Shown here: in pieces, positions 19,294-27,962 of the stretch | Numbering within the stretch: the first letter of the stretch is position 1 | How the letters are laid out: each line of letters starts with the position of its first letter | Assembly (NCBI GenBank): GCA_965223265.1 | Contig: OZ244999.1 | Location: forward strand, 1,696,001-1,760,000 | Origin: Planctomycetota bacterium | GTDB lineage: Bacteria > Planctomycetota > UBA8108 > SXIK01 | Direction of reading: 5' to 3' | DNA: 64,000 nt | Notes under the pieces: generated by a model | The model's database searches: none | The model's input: only the letters and a program-made list of their open reading frames with translations | Told to the model about the DNA's origin: nothing | Program-made: the position numbers and the translations under genes

Positions 19294-20514
19294 GTGAACT
19301 CCTTGCGCCACCTCAACCTGCTTTTCGTCGCTCCTTATCCTCCACGCTACGGCGGCTCCGCACCGTCATTGCAGCAGCTCACCGTTGCTCTCCAGTCGCG
19401 AGGCCACACAGTGCGCGTCTTGGCTCCGATCACGCCCGAGAAAGAGCGCGAAGGGTTCGACACGACGTTCGTTCCGACACTCGCCGGCGTCCGCCTGACT
19501 CGATATGTCGTTCCCTATTTTCTTTATGTGTACGCTGACATTCCGTTTGACGAAGACTATCGGCGGTTGGAACGGGCTGCGATTCATGACGCGCTGCCGC
19601 GCCTGATCGAAGGGGAGCACCCCGACTTGATCGTAGCCGGGCAGGAGCCACTGACTTGGTTGGTCCCCGAAATCGCCGCCCACTTCGACATACCCTGCGC
19701 AGCTTTGCTTCGCGGCGATCCGACGTGGAGAATCGCCACAGGCTCATTTCCGCAGGAGGAGGCTCGACCGTGGCTCGATGCCTACGCGAGTGCGCAAACA
19801 TGCATCGCGGTCGCCCAGTACTTCGAGGACGGCCTGCGACACCTGGGGCTCGACAACGTGTGCACGATTTCGAACCACGTCGACCTCAAGCGTTTCTCGC
19901 CGGCGCCGCGGCCGAGCGACCTGGTACGAGAGTTGGGAGTCAGCGACGACGACGTCGTCGTGCTCCACGCGTCGAAGATTGAACCTCGGAAGCGTCCGTT
20001 GGACATCATCACCTCCGCAACCCTTGCCCTAAAAAAGTGCCCACAGCTCCTCTACGTGATTGTTGGTGAGGGCCCCATGCGCGAGACTATGGAAGAGGCC
20101 TGCCGAGAGTCCGGGTTGGCACATCGTTTCCGCTTCGTTGGTTGGTCGCCTTACGCGCGCATGCCGGCCTGGTTCAACCTGGCTGACGTCGTGGTCCAAC
20201 CGTCCGAGGGAGAAGGAATCGCGCGGGTCTATCTGGAGGCGATGGCGTGCGGCAAGCCGGTCGTCGCCAGCGACATCCCGGCCGCGCGCGAAGTGATTGA
20301 ACATGATCGGACTGGACTTCTCTTCCGCGTCGGAGACACCCCTGAGTTGACAGCCAACCTCCTTGCTGCAGCGCAAGACAGCGAACGACGGCGGCGCTTG
20401 GGGACTGCCGCTCAGAAGTACGTGCAACGTCATTCGCTAGAGTTCGTTGCGGCGGAATACGAGGAAGCATTTCATCAGTCCATCCGCGGTTACCTTCAGC
20501 AAGCACCGCGTTAA
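19294..20514 (+). CDS. Glycosyltransferase family 4 (GT-B)
   Basis: YPPRYGGS, PRKRP, EGIARVYLEAMACGKPVVASD motifs. Confidence 0.92.
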   Translation: MNSLRHLNLLFVAPYPPRYGGSAPSLQQLTVALQSRGHTVRVLAPITPEKEREGFDTTFVPTLAGVRLTRYVVPYFLYVYADIPFDEDYRRLERAAIHDALPRLIEGEHPDLIVAGQEPLTWLVPEIAAHFDIPCAALLRGDPTWRIATGSFPQEEARPWLDAYASAQTCIAVAQYFEDGLRHLGLDNVCTISNHVDLKRFSPAPRPSDLVRELGVSDDDVVVLHASKIEPRKRPLDIITSATLALKKCPQLLYVIVGEGPMRETMEEACRESGLAHRFRFVGWSPYARMPAWFNLADVVVQPSEGEGIARVYLEAMACGKPVVASDIPAAREVIEHDRTGLLFRVGDTPELTANLLAAAQDSERRRRLGTAAQKYVQRHSLEFVAAEYEEAFHQSIRGYLQQAPR

Positions 20515-20534
20515 AGGCGGATCGAAGCAGTGTC

Positions 20535-21389
20535 ATGATGACCTTTGCGACTTTTCACTCAGACTTGTCTGCCGGAACTCTGGCGAAGGTCCGTCGACAC
20601 GAGGCAGAGAACGGGACCGCCAGTTTCGACTGGGGGGGCGCCGATTGTGGGCGGACCGCTCGCGCCATGATCGAGATGATGTTCGCCACGGTTTCGCTGA
20701 CGCACCCGGGTTGCCGGAAGATCATCGTCACCGACGAGCGGGCGTCCTTCGAGGCGGCTGAAGGAGTCGAGGTCTTTCGCTGCGCTCTCGGTGACGATCC
20801 AGTTCCGTCTCTGAGTCGGTCGATCGCTTGGGTCGAGTTTCTGCGGCAGGCGGCACCCGACTCGCATGTGATCTTTCTCGACTATGACATGCTCGTGCTG
20901 CAGAGCCTGGAGCCCGTTTTCGTGCAACTGTTCGACGTCGGGCTGACCTATCGAGGCGATCACGAGCGCTGGCCGATCAATGCCGGAATCCAGTTCATCC
21001 ACGCGGCGCGGCTCAAGCAAGCGCGATATTTGTACGAAAAGGCCTTGGCGATTTTCCAGGAGCGCTACCTCGACTGGGGCGTCTGGTGCGGCGACCAGTG
21101 GGCGTTCCGCGAGATGATCCAGGCCGAATACCGGCAGAAGGGTCCGTTTCTTCATCGAGAAGGTGGCCGGGAGGTCCTTCTGCTGCCGTGCGATCCTTAC
21201 AACTATTCGCCGGTCGAGGCGTGGGAGCAGGGTGATGACCCACTTGCCGACAAAAAGGTGCTTCACTTTAAGGGCCCGTTCAAGGCGGCGATGTACGACT
21301 ACTGGATGCAGCACCTAGCCTCTCTCTGCCCTGCCGTCGACGTGTCGGCGTTCCGGGGCTGGCTTCCCGAGTCTGCCGGCGACGCTTGA
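20535..21389 (+). CDS. GT-A fold nucleotide-diphospho-sugar transferase (GT8/GT77-like)
   Basis: FLDYD (DxD), INAG, GDQ, YNY and VLHFKG motifs. Confidence 0.8.
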   Translation: MMTFATFHSDLSAGTLAKVRRHEAENGTASFDWGGADCGRTARAMIEMMFATVSLTHPGCRKIIVTDERASFEAAEGVEVFRCALGDDPVPSLSRSIAWVEFLRQAAPDSHVIFLDYDMLVLQSLEPVFVQLFDVGLTYRGDHERWPINAGIQFIHAARLKQARYLYEKALAIFQERYLDWGVWCGDQWAFREMIQAEYRQKGPFLHREGGREVLLLPCDPYNYSPVEAWEQGDDPLADKKVLHFKGPFKAAMYDYWMQHLASLCPAVDVSAFRGWLPESAGDA

Positions 21390-21544
21390 AGAGAGTGACG
21401 ATGCTGGGTGAAAAGTTCGTGTAGGCAGTGGGGCAGCTGATCGCGTACGAAGGCGGAGTCGGACTAACGATCGTGGTTTTCGGTGCGTCTGTTCGTCGCT
21501 GCGGGGTAGGTTATACTTCCGCCCTGAAACTGGAGTCTGACCCG

Positions 21545-24328
21545 ATGACCCTCGTTCGCGTTGCGCTCTACGTGATCGTCGCGACCATGCCGGACGGCGT
21601 CCCTCCCGGGTCGACGCCATCCGATGCGGAGCGAGCTCCGGGGACCTACGACCGCGCCGAACGGGCGCGGCAGCGAGGTGACGAGGAGGAGGCGTTGAAG
21701 CTCTTTCGGATCGCGCTGACGGAGTCGCCTGACGATGTTCAAGTGCATGAAGGCTTTCAATCGCTTCTCAAGAGCCGAGGAGAGGACGATCAACTGGTTT
21801 CGGCGTACACGCACCTTTTGGACGAGCGAGGTGAGGCCTGGTGCTACTACCTCTTGGGGCGTGTGTTGCACGATCCGAAGCGCGAGGAGGAGCTCTATCG
21901 TGCTGGGCTCCGGTTGAACGCAGACGACGTGCGGCTGCGGTGCGCCCTGGCTTCCGCTCTGCGGCGACAGGAGCGCTATGACGAAGCACTCCAAGAGTAC
22001 TCCCATGTACTCGCTCAGCCGGAGGGAGATTCTTACAAGAATCACGGAGCGTACATGCGTCTTTGTCGGCGCGTGGGGAAAGCGCAGGAGCTTCCCGCCG
22101 AGTATGAAAAGCGAGTTCAGAAGACAGCACAGGACGTTGACGCCCACTTGCTCTATGCGGAGGCACTTCAAATCGCCGGGCGACGCGCTGAAAGCGATAC
22201 CGCATTACAACGTGCCGAAGAGCTTGGGCCCGACGATCGTCGGGTACTCTTTGCGCGTGGGGTTTTCCACAACGACGCTTTCGATCGCGATGCGGCGCTC
22301 GAATTCGTTGACAGAGCGCGAAAGGTCGCCCCCTACCATGCGTCGACCTTAGCTGCTTACGGGGGGCTATTGCTCTTCCACCGCAAGGATCGTTCCGGAC
22401 ATAACGCCTTGCTCGATGCGGTTCGGTTAGATCCGTTCAGCGCCCGGAACCTGGCGAGACTTGGCGGCGCCTACGCATCCCTTGGTGACTTCGAGCGTGC
22501 TGAGCGATGCTTCGTCGAAGCGGTTCGTTTCGACCCTGTCGATGACGTCGTCGTCTTTAGCTTCGGCGAGCTTGCCCTCGCGCGCCAAGACCGAGTGCGC
22601 GCGATAGAGTTCTTCGAGAGAGCGATCGAGCTCAACAAGCACAAGCCGATGTACTATCGCCAACTCGCGTCGCTCTATGCCCGTCAAAGAGAGCCCGAGC
22701 TTGCGAAGAAGACTCTCGAGCAGATGCCGTCCGCTACGTCTGACGGCGATCTCGCTCGCGATCCCGCCACTGGTCAGCGAATCGTTCTTCTGGAAGCTCT
22801 CGCCACCGTGGACGTCGCAGTCTCGTTGACTCACGCCGGGCGGCTGAAGGAGGCTCAAGTTGCGTTCGCCTCCGCGCTCGCGAAGGATCCCGATTGTTAC
22901 AAAGCGTATCAAGGAGCCACGAAGCTCCACCGCCGCTTGGGTGAACCTGAGCGCGCGCTCGCGCTCTACCACGAGCTTCGCGCGCTGTGCGAACGAAACG
23001 AGCGGCGTCGATCGCGTGTGCCGCGATTCATGCTGCGAACGGCGGAATGCCTCTACGACCTTGGTCGAGTCGAAGACGCGGTCGAGACGTACCGCACGGT
23101 CTGGCGCTCTCATCGTGACGAGGTCTCAACGTCTGAGTTTTTGCCCGCGATTGTGGCAGCGATCGACAGTTCCGATGCACAGGCAGAGAGTGTCCGCCTT
23201 TCGGATGTCCGCATTCCAGCCGCGTACGGCGAAGATGAGTGCCTGCCTGTCTCCCTTCATGCTGTGTTTCGGCATTGGGAGTTGTCTGTCGCGTACGACG
23301 ATGTCCGACGGGAGTATCAAAGCCTTTCCGCGCAGGTCGCGGTCGAACGTTTGACGCAACGTGACGACGTCGAAGTTAGCTGTTTCGTGGTCACAACTGC
23401 TGCAATCAAAAACCTCTTGCGCCGTGGTTATCCGGTCGTTCTGCTTTCGCGTTCGTTTAGTCGCAACCAGTTTGGCGCACACGCGTCAGTGATCACGGGC
23501 TTCGACGACCGATTCGGCTTGTTATTCCTCGAGGACGGCAACTGGTTCGACGGCGTCGACCGGGTGCCGTACGCCAAAGCGGAAGGCTGCCGTGCTCTTC
23601 TGGTGGCTCCACCTGAGAAGTTCCGCGTAGGGGAGCAAGAACTTCCGGGTCAGGACTACTGCCGCGCGATCAATCGTGGCGAGAAACTGTTGATGGACGG
23701 CGAGCATGCGCTCGCAGCGCGAGAGCTGCGGCGAGCAATTCAACTCTATGATGCGCATTACTTGCCACACTATTTTCTTGGCTTGTCCTACGCTGCAATG
23801 GGCACCGAGGGGGAGGCGATCGAAGTACTGCAGCGTTGTGCGAAACGACCGAGCGCGGAGGCAGAGGTCTTCGCTGCTTTGGGGCAGCTCTGTGCACAGC
23901 GAGGAAAGGCGGACGAGGCCCTGTCCGCGCTCCAACGGGCGGTGGCCATGGAGCCTCGATACTGGATCGCACGCCGTGGCCTTGCCACGGTTTGTCGGGA
24001 TCAGAACGACGTCGCAGCGGCAATCGAGCACGCGGAGGAGCTTCTCAGGATGAAGCCCAAGGAAGCGGAGTTTTGGATCCTGCTGGGCGATCTTTGCAGG
24101 GGGAGCGACCGTACGAAGGCGATCTATAGCTTTCAAATGGCGGCGAAGCTCGATGGGCCGGCGATTTGCTACTACCGCCTCGGCATGCTCTATGACGAAG
24201 GGGGAGAGTCGGAACGTGCGATCGATGCGATGAAGGAGTTCGTCGCACGCGCTGAGACGCCGGGGGCGAAGCGGGCCGGTGAACGAATGCTCCAAGAGTT
24301 TCTCAAGGCGCAGAATCGATCGCCGTGA
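21545..24328 (+). CDS. Tetratricopeptide-repeat protein with an embedded C39-like cysteine peptidase domain
   Basis: Many TPRs flank a domain with ECLPVSLHAVFRHW...GYPVVL...GAHASVITGFDD...FLED (Cys/His/Asp). GGAG upstream of ATG 21545. Confidence 0.82.
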   Translation: MTLVRVALYVIVATMPDGVPPGSTPSDAERAPGTYDRAERARQRGDEEEALKLFRIALTESPDDVQVHEGFQSLLKSRGEDDQLVSAYTHLLDERGEAWCYYLLGRVLHDPKREEELYRAGLRLNADDVRLRCALASALRRQERYDEALQEYSHVLAQPEGDSYKNHGAYMRLCRRVGKAQELPAEYEKRVQKTAQDVDAHLLYAEALQIAGRRAESDTALQRAEELGPDDRRVLFARGVFHNDAFDRDAALEFVDRARKVAPYHASTLAAYGGLLLFHRKDRSGHNALLDAVRLDPFSARNLARLGGAYASLGDFERAERCFVEAVRFDPVDDVVVFSFGELALARQDRVRAIEFFERAIELNKHKPMYYRQLASLYARQREPELAKKTLEQMPSATSDGDLARDPATGQRIVLLEALATVDVAVSLTHAGRLKEAQVAFASALAKDPDCYKAYQGATKLHRRLGEPERALALYHELRALCERNERRRSRVPRFMLRTAECLYDLGRVEDAVETYRTVWRSHRDEVSTSEFLPAIVAAIDSSDAQAESVRLSDVRIPAAYGEDECLPVSLHAVFRHWELSVAYDDVRREYQSLSAQVAVERLTQRDDVEVSCFVVTTAAIKNLLRRGYPVVLLSRSFSRNQFGAHASVITGFDDRFGLLFLEDGNWFDGVDRVPYAKAEGCRALLVAPPEKFRVGEQELPGQDYCRAINRGEKLLMDGEHALAARELRRAIQLYDAHYLPHYFLGLSYAAMGTEGEAIEVLQRCAKRPSAEAEVFAALGQLCAQRGKADEALSALQRAVAMEPRYWIARRGLATVCRDQNDVAAAIEHAEELLRMKPKEAEFWILLGDLCRGSDRTKAIYSFQMAAKLDGPAICYYRLGMLYDEGGESERAIDAMKEFVARAETPGAKRAGERMLQEFLKAQNRSP

Positions 24329-24337
24329 CGATGGGGT

Positions 24338-24355
24338 CGGAGGCAGAGACAGAGG
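24338..24355 (-). repeat. Short copy of the intergenic hexamer repeat family
   Basis: cggaggcagagacagagg is the exact reverse complement of cctctgtctctgcctccg at 56042-56059. Confidence 0.6.
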
Positions 24356-24445
24356 ATCGGCACACCCATGCACGAAACAGCCGCTCAACGAGCGCGGTGA
24401 AGTCGTCGCATGAATCGCTTTCTTTTCACGAGCGCGGAAGCGCAG

Positions 24446-26107
24446 CTACTCGACGGGCAGGTCCGCGGTGAAGTCTATCTCCCGGTCGCGCGTGAGTTCG
24501 ATCGGCTGTAGGTGGGTGACCCCACGATTCTCCTGACGCCAACGATAAAACTGAACGTCGTAGGTTCCCGCACGTAGCCCGATCATACGGAACTTGCCGT
24601 CGTCTTTCGTGTAGGTGACGAAACTGTCGCGTGTCTCGAAGTGCGGTGCGAGGCGGATATAGGCCGACGTCTGAGGCGCGCCGCCTGCGTCGAGGATTCG
24701 ACCGGTCAATTTGAGCTTTCCGATGTCCTCACCGATCGTGGACTCCACTGTGGAGCCAGATGGTACGTCGACGCGGCGGCGAACTCGGGTGGTGTGCTGC
24801 CCGGCATCGTCGCTCGCGCTTCTCTGCAGCTCGATCAGATACGTGCCAGCTGTCAGACGCTCCCACGCGAAGCGTCCCTGTTCACGCTCGCTCGCACTCT
24901 CCGACGGGCCGAACCATTCGCGTTCCGGTCGTTGCCGGCCGAGGTCCTCAGGCGCGACTCGAATCAGAGCCACGCGAGCATCGCTCTGTGGTACGCCGCG
25001 TTCCAAGACGGTGCACGCCAGCGTGGCCTCCGCGCTGAGGGCAATCCGCACACGTCCATCCAAATCGACGAAATCCTCTCGGTCAGACGGACGCACGGCG
25101 ACCCGCCCGTAGCCGAGGGCTTCGACAAGAAGTGTGCACGGCTGGTCCTCCGTGATGCGGAAATGCCCGTCCGCGTCCGTCAGCTGCTCTTGAACATTGA
25201 CCATGATGCGCCTGAAGAACTGATGGTCCCACAAGAGCTCGGCCGTGTCGCGATACCCGCCGCGAACAGTGGCGCCTTCAATCGCTTGATGCGTTGCAGC
25301 GTCCACCACGTACCCGTCTATATTCTTTCCACGTGAGAGTTCGACGACATACTCCGGGGCTTTGTCTTCACTGAGGATTTCGATATCCTCGACCGTGTAC
25401 GGAACGTAGCCGTCACCAATGAAGGTGAAGCTCAGCCGAGATGTCTTCTCTCCGCGCCGCAGGCCCTTGAGTTGGAATCGCCCTTCTGAGTTGACAAACC
25501 TGTCGCCTGAGTGGCTCGATTCGGGCGTAACCAGTCCCTCGTGAACAGTGAATTGCACTACCGGAGCACCAGACTCGGCATCCACGACGCGGCCATGAAA
25601 GAGCCCGTTACGGTAGAGGGTCAGGCGCATTTCCTGATCCGCGTCTGTCTCGACCTCGATTGAGGCGTGCCCCGATCGCTGAGCTTCGATTCACACGGGC
25701 GCCGACGTCGTCGAACGAGAATCTCCCGTCTTCACCGGTGCGCAGCAGGTGATTTACATCGGGAAGAATGCGCGCCACCGAGAAGTGGTGTCCGCGTGGC
25801 ACTGCTGTGACTTCGACTTGCGAAAGCGGAGTTCCTTCTTCGTCGACGACTACCCCGCGGAGCCAGTGGCCGCGATTGCGATCCGACGCAGCCAACCAGC
25901 GAGCGAGGAGTGAACGTCGGCTTTGAGCTCGGCCAGGGCGAGAAAACACTCCTGAGCGACATCTTCTGCGTCGTCACTGTTCTTCAAGACTCGCCTTGAA
26001 GTAGCGTAGACCATCCCCGCGTAGCGGCTGACGAGCTCAGAGAACGCGTCCGCGTCTCGTTCCTTTCGCCACGCATCCAAAAGAGCGAGGTCATGGGTTG
26101 GTTGCAT
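24446..26107 (-). pseudogene. Disrupted ECF sigma-70 factor fused to carboxypeptidase-regulatory-like (beta-sandwich) repeats
   Basis: Sigma region 2 (DADAFSELVSRYAGMVY...DAEDVAQECF...LAGWLRRIA) ends at 25850. Frame 2 continues LRGVVVDEEGTPL...TGEDGRFSF, and frame 3 continues IEAQRSGH...GRVVDAESG to 24446. No sigma region 4 is present. Confidence 0.78.
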
Positions 26108-26259
26108 GCAGTCCTCCGCGGTCGTCCACATTGCAGCGTGCGTAGAGACCTCCCGAATCTCTGCACTTCATCCTTGAAGAGGACGTCGCCGACGGCGGAC
26201 CTGAATACGGAATCCGCAAAAAAAGAGGTGTGAGCTTGGTGCTCGTCAGATCAACTTTC

Positions 26260-27006
26260 TTACCTGACCTTGCGCCACAGTTTGGTGACATCGCGCTGCG
26301 GTTTGAACCCCAGGATGCGCCGTGTCTTGTCGCTGAGAAACTTTCCTTGTGGGTTGTCGCCCATGATGAAGAATGCTTCGCACTTGGAAGGCAATCTCTC
26401 AAGATCAACGTCGAGTCCGAGACGGAAGACCTCCCCGGCGTCGTGCCATGCGACCATGAACGGAACGCCGCCCGCTCCGCGCTTGATCTGGTCGGTGAAA
26501 CGCATATTCATGAAGAGAAAGTCCATGACGTACACGTCGTGGCGCGCCGTGAAGACGCGGCAGATCTCTTGACCGAGGGATTTCGTCAGGGCGTAGAGGT
26601 AGGTGCCCGAGTGGGACGGGATGTCGGGGGTGATGCCGTGATCGAGTCCCTCATATGTCGCGCCCGCAAGGGTGAAATGTGGACCTGTGTTGATGACTCG
26701 ACGGATGTCATGCTTGACGGCAGCGCGCATGACGTTGTAGCAGCCGAGAGAATTGACGCTAAACGCTAGGACGCGGTGGGGACGGACGACCGAAAGATTC
26801 AGGATAGCGTCCATTCCTTCCGCCGCCCTCATGACCTGCGACGCCGACGTGACATCAAGGTCACGAAACTCGTGTCCGGCGTACTTTTGGCGCACTTCAG
26901 GCGGAGCCGGCTTGATGTCCGTGATCCGAAGGTGATGGTGACGCGCAAGGGATTTCACCACGTGAGGGCCAAGATAGCCATTCGCGCCAACGATCAAGAC
27001 TTTCAT
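26260..27006 (-). CDS. NAD-dependent epimerase/dehydratase (extended SDR, uronate dehydrogenase-like)
   Basis: GANGYLG Rossmann motif and catalytic YALTK. Confidence 0.9.
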   Translation of the reverse strand: MKVLIVGANGYLGPHVVKSLARHHHLRITDIKPAPPEVRQKYAGHEFRDLDVTSASQVMRAAEGMDAILNLSVVRPHRVLAFSVNSLGCYNVMRAAVKHDIRRVINTGPHFTLAGATYEGLDHGITPDIPSHSGTYLYALTKSLGQEICRVFTARHDVYVMDFLFMNMRFTDQIKRGAGGVPFMVAWHDAGEVFRLGLDVDLERLPSKCEAFFIMGDNPQGKFLSDKTRRILGFKPQRDVTKLWRKVR

Positions 27007-27100
27007 GATGATCCTCGTTCACTGTTGAAGTCGTGGAAGCTCAGCACAATCAACACCTCCGGACGCACGCCACAACCGGCTCTCGTCCAGAGCCGCTTGA

Positions 27101-27919
27101 TCACTTGTCGCTGAAGTGCTGCGGTGCGAACTTGAGCGCGCTTTTGGCGCGCGCGGAGGTAAACCGAGCTCGCCGAGAGTCGGACTGTACGTGGAAGACT
27201 CGCCAGTGGCCGACCCGCGTGGCGCTGTCTTGGAACTCGGCGCCGAGCGCTGCCTCTACGGCCTGCGCGACGTCACGCTCGTCGACCCAGAGGGGATCGT
27301 AAGGCTTTCCCGCCACCTTGTCGGCGTGGACTACGGTGCCGACCCTCAGCACGATCACCTTTAGCTTGCGTTCGCGCGCAAACTCACGGCAGGTGAACTC
27401 GGCGAGATAGGACGAGAGGATGTCTGGGTCGCCCGAGGGGAACGGGCGCCAATCCTCCGTCACTTCGTATTCTTCGTCGTAGTCCGTCAAGAGCCTGAGC
27501 GAACTGAGGAGGACGACCTTTTCGACGTCCTGAGCTGCTGCCGCCACGAGCAGGTTGTAGGTTTGCCGTGTCCGGTAGTCGATCTGCGCCTCCCCGTCGG
27601 CACCCGGGGGAGGTAACGCCACGTGGACGATCGCGTCGATATCACGTACGAGATCGTCGGTCGTCGAGGAGTGATCGAGGTCGCTGCGCGTGAACGGATG
27701 GTCCGTTCGCACATCGACCGAAGACGTCAGGCGGACGCGGTTCACTTTCGCTAAGTTCGACGCGATGGCTCGCGCGACATCGTGCTCGGCAGAGGTTATG
27801 AGGACCGATCTCGGGGTCGACTCCGCTGCATCGACTTTCGATCGCTGCTCCGCTCCGAAGGCGCCTTTGGCACCCGCCAGCAGGGCTGCAGCCGCTTGAA
27901 AGAAACTACGTCGTTTCAT
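27101..27919 (-). CDS. Tat-signal SDR/epimerase-fold protein with degenerate catalytic motifs
   Basis: MKRRSFFQ signal; SDR-like scaffold (DAIVH, TYNLL, VVLLSS, IVLRVG, DERDVAQA) but no GxxGxxG or YxxxK. Confidence 0.8.
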   Translation of the reverse strand: MKRRSFFQAAAALLAGAKGAFGAEQRSKVDAAESTPRSVLITSAEHDVARAIASNLAKVNRVRLTSSVDVRTDHPFTRSDLDHSSTTDDLVRDIDAIVHVALPPPGADGEAQIDYRTRQTYNLLVAAAAQDVEKVVLLSSLRLLTDYDEEYEVTEDWRPFPSGDPDILSSYLAEFTCREFARERKLKVIVLRVGTVVHADKVAGKPYDPLWVDERDVAQAVEAALGAEFQDSATRVGHWRVFHVQSDSRRARFTSARAKSALKFAPQHFSDK

Positions 27920-27962
27920 GGATCTCCCTTCCTGGTCTCGAGACGATTTCTCTATTCGCGCC

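Noticed and set aside
19090-24328. Glycocin/RiPP biosynthetic cluster
   Set aside because: No precursor peptide with a double-glycine leader and no ABC exporter; the GT types do not match SunS-like enzymes.
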